This document shows, piece by piece, positions 12,509-25,399 of a stretch of DNA of 64,000 nt. This DNA is from Lytechinus pictus. Lineage: Eukaryota. Where the stretch lies: contig NC_087251.1 of the NCBI RefSeq assembly GCF_037042905.1, forward strand, positions 62,001 through 126,000, in the 5' to 3' direction. Made by a program: the position numbers and the translations under genes. A model generated the notes under the pieces. It was not told the DNA's origin, did no database searches, and was given only the letters and a program-made list of their open reading frames with translations. Position 1 is the stretch's first letter. Every line of letters starts with the position of its first letter.

Positions 12509-13720
12509 ATAATATGGCTCAATAAGGAACTTGAGATATTAAATTTTGAAGTCAATATACAAAACATATTTCAGCTAGGTAATCGAACTTTCATTATTTT
12601 TTTTATTAACAAATTGATTTAAAAAAGTGCTCTGTAAAAAAAAATCAGTTTTATTGTCTGAATATGAACATTTTCTGCTCGCGCCGCGCGCTCGAAAAAT
12701 TTGATTTGTCAGGTACCTATTATTTTCCTGCATTCCATAAAGTTCTCAAAATATCTCTATTCAGGTCAGATTGTCAAAACGTATCACCTAGCACTGCACG
12801 CTCGCATTTTGATTGGTGAGTTATGTATAACTCAATATCAATTCTATAACAAACTACTTAAAATCCCCATTTCATGACAGTTTATCAAAAATTTCGGCTT
12901 GCAATGTGCGCTCGCATTGATTGTTAAAGATATATTTACTCATGAATCTTATTCATAATAACAAAAGAGCTTTAAATGTCCAGTTTTCAGGCCATAATAT
13001 TAACAGATTTCACGCTCTCATTAGGCTTATTAGATTAATAAATAAGATATTAATTTAATAATCAATTTTTTTTTTAGAATGGACTATCGACAAGTTTCAT
13101 CTCGCGCTATAGGAAGAGAAATAGGAAGATAGTCATCATTTTCATATAATGTCCCGGTCGGTCCTATGTCAAAACTCAAAATAATAATAATGAAACATAT
13201 CAGCTCTTTGCTTAGCTTTCATCCATATCCACATCACAATTTTCCTACCAAGTGCTTGAAATACAGAGCTTAAATTGACCCCTTTTCAGATCGGAATATC
13301 GAATATTTTAAGCTCGCGTTTCGCCCTCGCTTTATTGATTTTCAGGATAAAAAAGGTATTTAGAATGCCCAGATTCTAGGTCGAAATCTGAAACACGCCC
13401 GCGCATGTTTATTCAGATATGCAGCTTGATACATATTTAAATCATTAGCCATTTTCAGACCTAATATCAAAAATTTTCTGCTCGCGCTTTGCGCTCGCAT
13501 AATTAATATAGGAAGATTTCCAATTACTCTACATTTTCATGATTTACAAAACATTAATAGAGTGTCCCATTTTTAGGTGTAAATCTTGAATTTTTCCACT
13601 CGCGCTTGGCGCTCGCATCAATTATTTAGATATATACATATTCTTTTCACGATTACAAAAAGTGCTTAGAATTTCCATTCTTCAGATAGAAATGTTTAGC
13701 TTGCGCTTTGCGCTCGCATT

Positions 13721-14938
13721 CCCAACCTTTCGTTGGAAGAACGCGAACGCTTATTTACGACGATAGTTGATTTTGGAAGAGACTTTTGGGCCCGTCGTCA
13801 TGGTCGTAAAACTCTGTCCTGCAATGCAAACTGTGTGACATGAGATTTTTTTTCGTTTCGCATCTGGAACGGAAACATTCAATTTGCGTTTCGTGTGCAA
13901 AATTCTGGTTGCTACTATGGTAACAGCGATATGTCCGATTTAGGACGACTTTCCAAAGCCACATTTGGTTCCTCCTAGAGCTCGAGAGGCCGCCCGGGGG
14001 CCCACTTCCATTGATTAGTGGATACCAGGCGCAACCACGCGTAAAAGGGGACAGAGTGGGCAAGTACGTTACGTATAGGCCTATGTAACGTTATAAGGGT
14101 GTCAAAAACGATGTTTAAAATACTGAAAAAGGGGATATATATCCAATACTTGTAGGGTTTCACAAGCCAAATACTTGTTAAGAGATGCATTTTCATAATC
14201 TGGAAAAGACTTGCTTCCCTTGTTTAGGGTACTTTTCGAAACCCCATGATCGTGCCTGGTATCCACTCATCAATGGAAGTGGTCCCCCCGGAATTTGAAT
14301 CTAATCGCCCATTTCTGGGGAAAGTAAAACATTATGCCCATTACATCGTGTGCTAGAGGCATATCGTTTGTGTAGAAGGAGTAAACAAAGGAAACAAAAG
14401 AAACCCGCAAGTTCAAACGTATTGCATATACTGTGTACATATTAACGCATGCGAAATGGTTTCGGCTGGAGAGGTAATCTGACCCATGAAATCAATTGCC
14501 AGTGATCCACCAATAATCCACATTAAATGCAATATCGATTCGATGGACTGTAATGATCTATATCTAAGCCTTAATTCAGTAAGTTTTTCCTCACTCAATA
14601 TGTACTCGATTTGTTTTAAAAACCACTTTCTTATCCATGTCATATTCTATTTTTGGTCCTGCATTTCGAATATCTCCAGCCATTAGTCGTAATGTACATG
14701 CATGTGTATGGTGCGGGTGTCGCGGGAAAGAATTTTGCACACGAAAAGCAGATCTGTAGGGCCTGTAACCCCCTTGTAACACAAAGCTTAGCATTGATTG
14801 TAGAGCAGTTTTCTACGTTTGATTCTATTGACTATTATGTACAATCAATCTTAAAAATCAAGTGTATGATTAAGCGTTAACTTTTGTGTTAGGGGACCCT
14901 AATATTAGCGTCCGTGAGGATTGCAAAAGGTGGCAAAT
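13721..14938 (+). mobile_element. ~1.2-kb unclassified composite repeat, copy 1
   Basis: Collinear with 23136-24321 and 60928-62840. Ends are ACCTTTCG / C(G/A)AAAGGT. The empty site is visible at ~39945-39960 (GCTCGCATT|ATTTGATTG). Confidence 0.9.
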
Positions 14939-15835
14939 ATTTAATTGTTTAATATGTAACGTCTTGATGGCTAACTGCAAGCAGCCGTTAACAGATTATT
15001 TTTTTGATCAGATCAAAAGGTATATTAACAAATTCTGCTCGCGCTCGCAGTATTAATTAAATTGGATACACATCTCGTTTAGGATCACAAACATTGCCCA
15101 GAATGTTAAAATTTTAGGACAAAATACATGAAATAAAGAAAATAGCTCGCGCTTCGCGCTGGCACTATTTGAATAAGGCTTATGAGATTATATGTTTATG
15201 TTGATTTCTAAGAATAAAGCTTAAAAGTAACTATTAGGACTTCCCTTTCAAAGAAACGAAAAAAAATCAACTTCGAGCGGCCGATGGGGAAAATGTGGCG
15301 GAACAAATTCCGCCCCCCCCCCCCTCCTATTGGCGAAGGCTGGATCCGCCCCTGGACAGTATACCGGTACAGTCAGATTATCAGTAGATTGTGTCAGATA
15401 ATGTTGATAGTCAGTAGACTGTGTCAGATAATGTTGATATCTATTTGATATCACACATATGTATTTTATATTTTTTCATATTTGTATCTATGGAAGCATA
15501 AGTACTGAGTGCGAATGTTTACAAATTTAGTTTAATTTTCTTTGTTATTTTGTTTAATATTTTCTGTTAAAGAATCGAGCAGTATTTCCATGTATGTATT
15601 CATTGTTGTTTGTCATGCATTTTATTTAAACCCCTTTTTGGTTTTGCTCAATTTCCTAACGTTACTAAATGTTCACATTAAGTTTTACCTTGTAACATAT
15701 TGCTGTACACTATGTATATAGTTTAAGTCTTGTTTTATCATCTTTGTATGTTTGTACTGGGCTGATATGCGTCTTTGTGGTTATTTTCATGTATATTTTG
15801 TATTGTATTTTTACAAAGGGCCCCAATGAAAGGGC

Positions 15836-16460
15836 CCCAGCAAAACATGACAAGGGGGCAGTATATACCGGTACAGTGTGTACAGCAAAACATGATAAGG
15901 GGGCAGTATACCGGTACAGTGTGTACAGCAAAACATGATAAGGGGGCAGTATATACCGGCACAGTGTGTACAGCAAATCATGAAAAGGGGGCAGTATACC
16001 GGTACAGTGTGTACAGCAAAACATGATAAGGGGGCAGTATATACCGGCACAGTGTGTACAGCAAATCATGAAAAGGGGGTAGTATACCGGTACAGTGTGT
16101 ACAGCAAAACATGATAAGGGGGCAGTATGCCGGCACAGTGTGTAAAGCAAAACATGATAAGGGGGCAGTATGTACCGGTACAGTGTGTACAGAAAAACAT
16201 GACAAGGGGGTAGTATACCGGTACAGTGTGTACAGCAAAACATGAAAGGGGGCAGTATACCGGTACAGTGTGTACAGCAAAACATGATAAGGGGGCAGTA
16301 TACAGCAAAACATGAAAAGGCGGTAGTATACCCAGGGAAGTCGGAACTCCCACTTCCAAGGTATACCGGTAGAGTGTGTATCTCTAGCAGAATATTACGA
16401 TGTGTACACCTCAACATGAAAAGGGGAGCAATATACCGGTAAAGTGTGTACAACACAATA
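15836..16460. repeat. ~43-45-bp minisatellite, main array
   Basis: About a dozen well-conserved GGGGGCAGTATA(TA)CCGG(T/C)ACAGTGTGTACAGCAAAACATGATAA units. This array explains the repetitive ORFs here. Confidence 0.95.
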
Positions 16461-17497
16461 TGATTTGCTTCATCAATTCTAATTCAAAATAACCAATCAG
16501 TGTGCACAGCAAAATAAGAAAATTAAAGTTTTCATATACCTCTCGACATAACCATTCATGTCCGAAAACAATTCAAGATCAAGATATGGCGAAAAAATAC
16601 TCACTTTTTAATGCGCTACTCTTAAGTTGTAGTTTCATCTCAGCTGTCTGAAGATTCCGTGTAGAGAACATCAAGAGACTAACAGAAAGCATCAATCTTA
16701 ATTCTGAAGATTGAGAATGAAATTTTGTATACAATATGGACCATATAAAAATACGTCTGCTTGCTAACAAAAATTTCATTCTATATTATAACTTATATAA
16801 CTTATAATAGTCTTCGGTTTGACTTGATTTTTATAAACGTTGATAGGAATTTCCACTAACATGAACATTCTTAACCTGTGATATTTCATACGAAATGTTT
16901 TTCTATGTTATGAATTAATGTGTTTCCTTTTTATTTCACCCTATAGGTCCCACCAGTTACTTCTGAAGTAAATATGACATCGGCGAACATAAGTTCATCA
17001 ATTCCGTAGATCGCTTACTCTTCTCTAAACACAGGACTCTACAACTTTGAACTTGCACAGATCTTTACCGACATGACCGAGGAGTATCGCTTTCGTGAAC
17101 ACTCAACTATTGAAAATGAGAAATATTGAATGCAATTCGCCTTACAGAATTCAGAGCAGTTAAAGCTGTTTCATCCAGCAAATGCTGCGATTCAAAATGA
17201 TAGGAATCTATCACCATTGTTGGCTGCGTATGATGTAAGCAACACTTATTCATGGCGTGCATGCGCACTTTGTATACCTCTGATGAAGTATAGATTAACT
17301 ACAAGAGTGCAAGGTAAAGTAATGGCACGGTTAAAAATACAATCAAGAATTGCTACGAATGACGTACGAACGATTTTTATAGCTGAGATCTTCTGAAGAA
17401 GGCCATACGAAACCAGTATTTGCAGACCGTTCGTAGACTGTTCGTAAGATCGAGGTTTTGTCTGTGATCTTGTCAAAGATTTTTTTTAAGTTGTACG

Positions 17498-17673
17498 CAG
17501 GGGTGTGAGAGTTCAGATTTTTATCTGATTTCAGATTTTTTTTTTCAGCTTAATTTCAGCTTATTTTTGGCCTTCCTCTGTACAAAAAGTATGGGAGCTC
17601 TTTCTATTTCAGACTTTTTCAACACTCTTCAGCTTTTTTCTGATCTTTTTATTTGTGACCACTCACACCTCTG
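17498..17673. mobile_element. hAT MITE with 8-bp TSD
   Basis: CAGGGGTGTGAG ... CTCACACCTCTG. GTTGTACG is duplicated at 17490-17497 and 17674-17681. Confidence 0.9.
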
Positions 17674-18516
17674 GTTGTACGAAAACCTCTCTTCGTGAGG
17701 CGCCATACGAACGTCGTAAGAACATCTTAAAAGCTGCGCAATATTTGTGTAGGGTCGAGAGACAATTCTAGAAGCCTTTAAATTTTTACGATGTTCGTAA
17801 AAATATCTTACGTTGTTCATAGAGAGCTCTTGGGGCGTTTGTTAAAAGGCCTTGCGAACGGAGATTCATACGGTGCTCTTACGATCGAATTTAGCGTTTG
17901 TAAGGCGTTAGCAAGGTGCTTGTAAGGAATAGGTACACAATTTATGCAACTGTAAGTAAAAAAAAAATGTTACGAATAACTTCTGTGCCGTGGGTTACAA
18001 GTACGAACATCTTGTGAAAACAATGTTATTCTGTCGAATGAATAATTCGAGACAATCCCACGAAAAAACGTATGAATTCTACGGCAATTGTACGACCGAA
18101 AATCATTTTGTTTCTCAAGAAGGAATTGAGTTGTTCTGAATCAGGCCGTAGGAATCTATGCCCCATCTTGGAATCTCTGCGAACTCCGGAATGTTAACCT
18201 GCACTTACGTATACAGGACGAAATGTGTTAAAATGATATCATGGTAGTTCGAATTGAAAAGAACCCATGTAGGAAGAAAAACAAAAGTTTGTATTACCAA
18301 GTGGAATATTGACGCTAGAGTTTTTATTCTTCAATTTATAAGAGTTAATACGGAGTGAATGCCTTATTTTTTCATTTGAGCAGTATTGCAAGGGAGAAAA
18401 CTCTGATTATGATATATTCTAAAAGAAAGAAAAAGTATGACAGATTTATTTTCAGGTACACATGTCTTGACAGCGTTCTCTGACAAACAAAACCAAAAAT
18501 TCATCTTTTTTAACTA

Positions 18517-19156
18517 CCGAGTGAGTAAAAAAAAATCTACACCTAACAACTCCCAATTTAAGGAAGGGATATGTCATGAACACATTATTATTATGCATCT
18601 CCTGAAAAAGTATGTTTTCCAAAATAATTTGATACAATATTTATGTGGTATGTGTTAACGCTTGGATGAAACTATTCTTTGCAGTGATGTAAATTTTGAT
18701 TTGCGCCAAATAAAAGCATGACTGCGTTGAATGAATCTAGTGGTCAAGTAAGTAATCATCATCCTATAAGGGTTGCATTAAAATCCATTGTTAAACACCT
18801 TTTCAACGATTTACATTATGGTTTATTTAATAAACACTTTTTAGTATCAATTCTCACTGTTAATTTTACGACAAGGGATTTGATAATATGTGTACTAACT
18901 CAAGTAGGACTATGACATCAATGACATCTGGTTTCATTCATCATGTTTATTGCAGTCATGCCTTACTTTGGCACAAATCAAAATTTACATCCTTGCAAAG
19001 AATGCCTACTAATTATCCAAGCGTGAAGACATGCCGCATAAATATGGTATCAAATTATTTGAGAGACGGTACTCTTTTCAGCCATATGCGTTTATGAAAT
19101 ACCTTTTCCTTAAATTAGGGATTTGTGAGGTGTGAATATTTTTTTTACTCACACGG
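18517..19156. mobile_element. Tc1/mariner-like MITE
   Basis: TA|CCGAGTGAGTAAAAAAAA ... TTTTTTTACTCACACGG|TA, with long degenerate inverted arms. Confidence 0.8.
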
Positions 19157-20175
19157 TATAGTAAATCTGAATAAATCTGTACAACCTCTAATCTTCAAGT
19201 CAGAAGGTTGTGTTTAGCTTTTGCAAAATTATGACAAGAATAATACTAGAACTGGCAACCATGCAATCCATGTAAATTACCACAGCGAGAGAGATATCAA
19301 CCAACATGTAGAGCCTAAATATCAACAAACAGTGATTAATTTATAATTTATCGTATATTTATGTGGAATATATACTTTGATTTAATGAAGGCTGACAGTG
19401 CACCAATTTGATGCATTTAAAAACCAAGTCTTCTGATATATATTGGACCAAAGATGAATTTTTCTGAATAATTTAAGATTGATATCAGAATTTATGAAAA
19501 AAATGCAACTCAAATGGCAGATTTTGAAGTGTCAGTGTAGCAGGATACAAAAAAATAGTTACGCAATTCAAACGCCGTAATATATAGCTACATAATTTGA
19601 ATCAAAACCTGCGTCCACAAATCCCAACATAAAAAAGAGTTGTATATAAAATTTAGACTGTTTTCCCCATGGATTGTACATTTATTGAATTGGTACTATT
19701 ACACGAGTTTTTGTTCAGTCGTTTTGTAAATTTATTATGAATATATTTATTCATATATTTTTAGCAAAATTGTATAAATATGTACGTTGACATAAACACT
19801 TGCCTTTGAACTAGTTATAAATGTACATGTATTGTTGACTTTGTCACATCTTCAGTGAGTAAGCTGGGAGATAAAATTGCATACTTTGTCATTGTAATAC
19901 ATATTGATGTGATAAGTGGAACTTGTTTTTGTTACTCAATTTAGTGTCTTCTAAAGATGATTTTTGTTTTTTTATATTTTGTTTTGCATATAACTTTGCA
20001 GATCATCTTTCAAAACAGATTATAATCGCAATTTCTTTGACTCTTGTAAAAGAAAATCTTATTGAAGTGATGTTCTCCCTAAATGCAAGATATCCACTTA
20101 TCATATTCATCATCGAATTATTTAACAAAAATTATTTGTTTTGTATGGGAGAGGTCTTACAATTATATCAACATA

Positions 20176-20871
20176 CAGTTTGTCCAACAAACAAGGATAC
20201 CTGTTTTCAGAGAGATTTATTTCACAATTATTAAATATGCTTTTACTATAAATTTGATACCTGTGGAATGAGAGGAATATCCTCTTTATAAACTTGAGAC
20301 CAAAAGCCTAGCGCATCATTTACGCATGCCAGATTACAAACAATAAATATTGAGGCATATCAGAAACGATGTGCGCGGAAATTCACATACGAATCTAAAT
20401 CCACTCTCATTTCAGAGATCAGTCAGATAAACTTAACAAAGAATACAAAATAAATGCTAATTTGCCAATCGTCGAATTATACCTTGGTCACATTTGTTCT
20501 ACGGCGGCCGTACGGCGAGTCGAAAACAGCCGTTTTATTAATTTTAATTCAAACCACCTATATGTGGTTGGACAAAAAATGTTAAAACGGCTGTTTTCGA
20601 CTCGCCGTACGGCCGCCGTAGAGCAAATGTGTCCAAGGTATATAAAGCACTGTGGTTGTAATACAAACCAATGTTGCAACCTGATTTTGACAATGAAAAT
20701 TTTCGAACTCCTCTTGCTCATTAATGCGTGTATTGTTCTTTTCACATTAGGTGTTGAATGTAGAGGAATGATTGAATTGTATGACGATGTAAATGAAATG
20801 TCATAATTCATTTGCATTTGAAGTAATAAAGACGTGGAAATCCCGGTTTCCTTGTTTTCTGGGAAGCACTG
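20176..20871. mobile_element. Old Tc1/mariner-like MITE hosting a palindromic MITE
   Basis: TA|CAGTTTGTCCAACAAACAAGGATACC ... GGTTTCCTTGTTTTCTGGGAAGCACTG|TA. Confidence 0.55.
20480..20640. mobile_element. ~160-bp palindromic MITE (PIF/Harbinger-like), copy 1
   Basis: ~57-bp TIRs TACCTTGGTCACATTTGTTCTACGGCGGCCGTACGGCGAGTCGAAAACAGCCGTTTTA. A sister copy lies at 35644-35805. Confidence 0.9.
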
Positions 20872-23135
20872 TATAAATCATTAAATGATGTAATACGCTT
20901 TCACGTCAGACTATAATCGTTTGCTATCATATTAATATAAACACTCTAAACACTCTGAAATTCAATAGAATAAACACAGGAAGTACTACTATCTAGTATT
21001 ATTTTACATGACAATTACAATATTCATTAATGAAAAAGTGAAGAACTCCAAGCCCTTTGATAAACATTGGCTAAAATGAAAAATTTTCTAGTAAATATTC
21101 AAAAACCAAAAGACACGCCGAATTCTGATACATCCTGACCACTATTTCGGTACTAACTAGTGACCATTACATTGGTCAATCTTTACCAATATTTTGGATG
21201 GGCACATCCTCACAAATACATTGATTAGCTTTGACTGGTCCGCTTTAAGAGTGTGCCCTTATAACTTTATTAAAGGTTGAAGCTGAGATTTTTTTTGATA
21301 AATTGGTAGCATGATTTGTACAACATATATCATATGATTACAATACAACGAATGTAATAAAATTTGGAAATTCGTATAATAGTAAGGCCTATGCGTCGTT
21401 AAAACAAATTGTAGAAATATCTATTGTTTACAATTGCCTTCAGTTACACTAATCGCATGTAAACTGTTCTCAGTTTGATAAATGTACTTTTCATCATTGT
21501 AGCGTCGTTATCTATTTCGAATAACTGTTTCATGCACTAAAATTTCACTTGTAAATATTATCAAGGTTACATTATATGAACACAAGTATATCTAAGATAT
21601 TTATTATGTCTATACTTACAAAAGGAAAGTGTATATATAAATCAAACTAAATGGGCTGTGTTTAAAAACACAATTATAATTTATTTCTTGATATATCACA
21701 TAATTATCGTCTACAAACATCATTGATGCTACCTGAAAAAAATCACTCTTATCGGAGTGAAATATCATTCCTCGAAAGATCATTAGATGAAGCAAAATAA
21801 GATCTCGGGTGCGGGCTGCTCCCGATATCTTAACGCAGCTGGCAGATGTGATTTTCTTCGTAAAGTTAAGTTTTTATATATATTTTCCCAGTTAATTATT
21901 AAGAATTTGTATATTAGTTGTATTGATTTGTCCTTTGAACATTTTGTTACGGATAATGGTGATAATGATAATAATAATAATATAATTGAAAATGCTTATG
22001 ATAGTAGCGTTTTATTTACCCTACGCTACCGTGGCCACGAACATCCCATCAATAGAGTTTTATTTAAATGTTGAATATACTTTCAGCTTTATAACACAAA
22101 AATGTTCGGAGTATATCTTATTGACCCTTTACAGTTGTTATTACAGCCGACACATTAAAATACACTAGTAAATATATGGCAGACTATTACAGTTGGACAT
22201 TGATAATAATTGCCCATACATTTTCTATATTACCAGCATGCATTATGTGCGATGTATGGCTCTTACAGTTGCATCATGCCTACTTGTTATTAAAATATTC
22301 AAAGAAATTTATCAGCTCTAATATACATCAACAATAAGCATCGGTTCAATGTGACGGCGTTTTATATAATAAATGTCTCGTTTATGATCGTTATAGTCAT
22401 ACACAATGTATAATTTCATCAAATATCATGTTGTTATATCTACAAACCATATTCCTATTCAGTTGTAAGTATCAATTTTACGGACGATTTAAAGAAGGCT
22501 AGTCTCGAGGTTTGAGTAACCAGTAGTGGTGTCAGAATCTCATTATCATTGATGAATACGCTTTGAGATCTAATAAATGTCGGCAAAATATCCAATGAGC
22601 CTGAGGAAATGAATCATGAAATGATATCACGACACAAATCGAAGAAGTGAAAAAATCTTTTTTTCGGAGCAACTAAAGGAGAAATCATTACCCAGTGATT
22701 AAGAAATATTGAACTTGTTTTTATTTATCGCTGAAATAAACTTCATATAGAGTTCATAAAAGAAATAGTGATATAAAATGTATTTATCAGGTTAATATTC
22801 TATTGAAGTTATGTTTCAAACTTTAATTTTGAGGAATATATATGTCAAGAGGCATTTTCAGTGTTTGAGATTAAAATAAAAATGAAAATTGTTTTTGAAA
22901 TAAATTTGTGTGTTAGAGTTCACTCTGTATTGTGGTTATGCATGTTGAACTGTGATCATGTATAATGCATTCATTTATTTGAATTACGGCAAAATTGGCA
23001 AACATGTTGTACATGTTCATCATATTCCAACGGAGTTATAACCAATATCAAGCTCTTACGTGAAAGATACAACCAGGGATTACTGAGATATAAATGGTGA
23101 ATAGGTATATCACGAAACAAAAGGATATTCTTTGC

Positions 23136-24321
23136 ACGACGTTAGTTGATTTTAGAAGAGACTTTTGGGCCCGTCGTCATGGTCTTAAAACTCTGTCCTG
23201 CAATGCAAATTGTGTGACATGAGATTTTTTTTTCGTTTCGCATCTGGAACGGAAACATTCAATTTGCGTTTCGTGTGCAAAATTCTGGTTGCTATATGGT
23301 AACAGCGATATATATACGATTTAGGACGACTTTCCAAATCCACATTTGGTTCCTCCCAGAGCTCGAGAGGCCGCCCGGGGGGCCCACTTTCATTGAAGAG
23401 TGGATACCAGGCGCAACAACCCGTAAAAAGGGAAAGAGTGGGTAAGTACGTTACGTATAGGACTATGTAACGTTATAAAGGTGTCAAAAACGATGATTAA
23501 AATACTGAAAAAAGGGATATATTTCCAATATTTGTAGGGTTTCACAAGCCAAATAATTGTTAAAAGAAACATTTTCATAATCTGGAAAAGACTTGCTTCC
23601 CTTGTTTAGGGTACTTTTCGAAACCCCATGGTCGTGCCTGGTATCCACTCATCAATGGAAGTGGTCCCCCGGAAATTGAATCTAACCCCCCATTTCTGGG
23701 GAAAGTAAAACATAATACCCTTTACATCGTGTGCTAGAGGCGTATCGTTTGTGTAGAAGGAGTGAACAAAAGAAACAAAAGAAACCCGCATGCAAACGTA
23801 TTGCATACGCTGTGTACATATGCGAAATGGGTTCGGCTAGAGAGTTGATCTGACCCATGGAAACAATTGCCAGTCATCCACCAATAATCCACATTAAATG
23901 CAATATCGATTCGATGGACTGTAATGATCTATATCTAAGCCTTAATTTAGTAAGTTTTTCCTCACTCAATATGTACTCGAATTGTTTGAAAAACCACTTT
24001 CTTATCCATGTCATATTCTATTTTAGGTCCTGCATTTCGAATATCTCCAGCCATCAGTCGTAATGTACATGCATGTATGGCGCGCGGGTGTCGCGGGAAA
24101 GAATTTTGCACACGAAAAGCAGATCTGTAGGGCCTGTAACCCCCCCCCCCCCCCCACCCTGTAACACAAATCTTAGCATTGATTGTAGAGCAGATTTCTA
24201 CGTTTGATTCTATTGACTATAATGTACAATCAATCTTAAAAATCAAGTGTATGATTAAGCGTCAACTTTTGTGTTAGGGGACCCTAATATTAGCGTCCGT
24301 GATGATTGCGAAAGGTGGCAA
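23136..24321 (+). mobile_element. Composite repeat, copy 2 (left end truncated)
   Basis: Collinear with 13755-14938; ends GCGAAAGGTGGCAA. Confidence 0.9.
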
Positions 24322-24858
24322 TTGTCTAACCGAAAACCATTTCTTTTCTCATGAAGGTCTTAAGTTGTGCAGTAAGGCAGTAAGAATCTACGCCCCATTG
24401 ATGAATCTCTATACAAACACCAGAATTCGCACGAACGCGTACGAACGGATCGTTCATGCAAACCTTAGTGACCGTATTTTGTTTATGCTGAATACATTTG
24501 TATAACCGTGATTATATAAAAATATACCCTTGTATTTACATAAATGATACCCCTCCCTCCCCCCAGGTATATATATATGTTGCATTTATGAGTTAAAATG
24601 CGTGGCCGGTGTTTCTACTTAAGATCCGGCTTTATATATTTACTATGTCATAAAAATTGCGACGAGTAAGATAATAAAACAAATTATGATATATGATATG
24701 AACGAACCAACAAACGCGTCCACAACCACCCAATCGCACATTACTCGCACATGTTTAACTGCATAGTATACACAGTTAACGCGAACAACATGGGCCCAAA
24801 ACATATTTATCTATTCTAAAGTCGCCTATTTTTGTTTGTTATCTATGATATATTTTTA

Positions 24859-25399
24859 CGGAGCCTTTAAAGTGCCATCGACTTGACGACATGGCGAGAT
24901 ACGTTATCTCGCCATATCGACTTATAAAAAGTTATATGCTGACATGGCGAGATACGTTATCTCGCCAAGTCGACTTATAAAAGGCTATATGTCGACATGA
25001 CGAGATACATTATCTTGCCAAGTTGACTTATAAAAAGTTTTACGTCAACATGGCGAGATATTTTATCTTGCCAAGTCGACTTTTAAAAAGTTATATGTCA
25101 ACTTGGCGAGATATTTGGACTCTCGCCGGGCCTTGGATACTTCATATCTTGTCATGTCGACATATAATGTTTGATAAGTCGACTTGGCAAGATAAAATAT
25201 CTCGCTATGTTGACATATAACGTTTTATAAGTCAATTTGGTAAGATACCGTATCTCGCCATGTCGACATATAACTTTTTATAAGTCGACTTGGCGAGATA
25301 CCGTATCTTGCCATGTCGACATAAAAAGGTTATTATGTCGACATGGCAAGATAAAGTATCTCGCCACGTCGTCAAGTCGATGGCACTTTAAAGGCTCCG
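24859..25399. mobile_element. Foldback MITE with TA TSD, built from ~55-bp internal repeats
   Basis: TA|CGGAGCCTTTAAAGTGCCATCGACTTGACGAC ... GTCGTCAAGTCGATGGCACTTTAAAGGCTCCG|TA. The arms consist of GACATGGCGAGATA..ATCTCGCCAAGTCGACTTATAAAAAG units. Confidence 0.92.

Larger units (their letters stand above)
11383..15354 (+). mobile_element. ~4-kb hAT-like non-autonomous element with 5-bp TSD and two nested insertions
   Basis: Ends CATAGGGCGGATCCAG / CTGGATCCGCCCCTG. GACAG is duplicated at 11378-11382 and 15355-15359, and the minisatellite resumes in register. GCTCGCGCTTCGCGCTCGCA motifs recur internally. Confidence 0.85.

Noticed and set aside
15710..16456. 248-aa Cys/His-rich ORF and overlapping ORFs
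   Set aside because: These are translations of the 43-45-bp minisatellite, open in several frames on both strands.
15836..16460. CRISPR-like regular repeats
   Set aside because: The units are contiguous with no unique spacers, there are no cas genes, and the context is eukaryotic.
16946..17010. Possible terminal exon after a pyrimidine tract and TAG acceptor (VPPVTSEVNMTSANISSSIP*)
   Set aside because: It is short, has no recognisable homology and no partner exons, and cannot be supported without RNA data.
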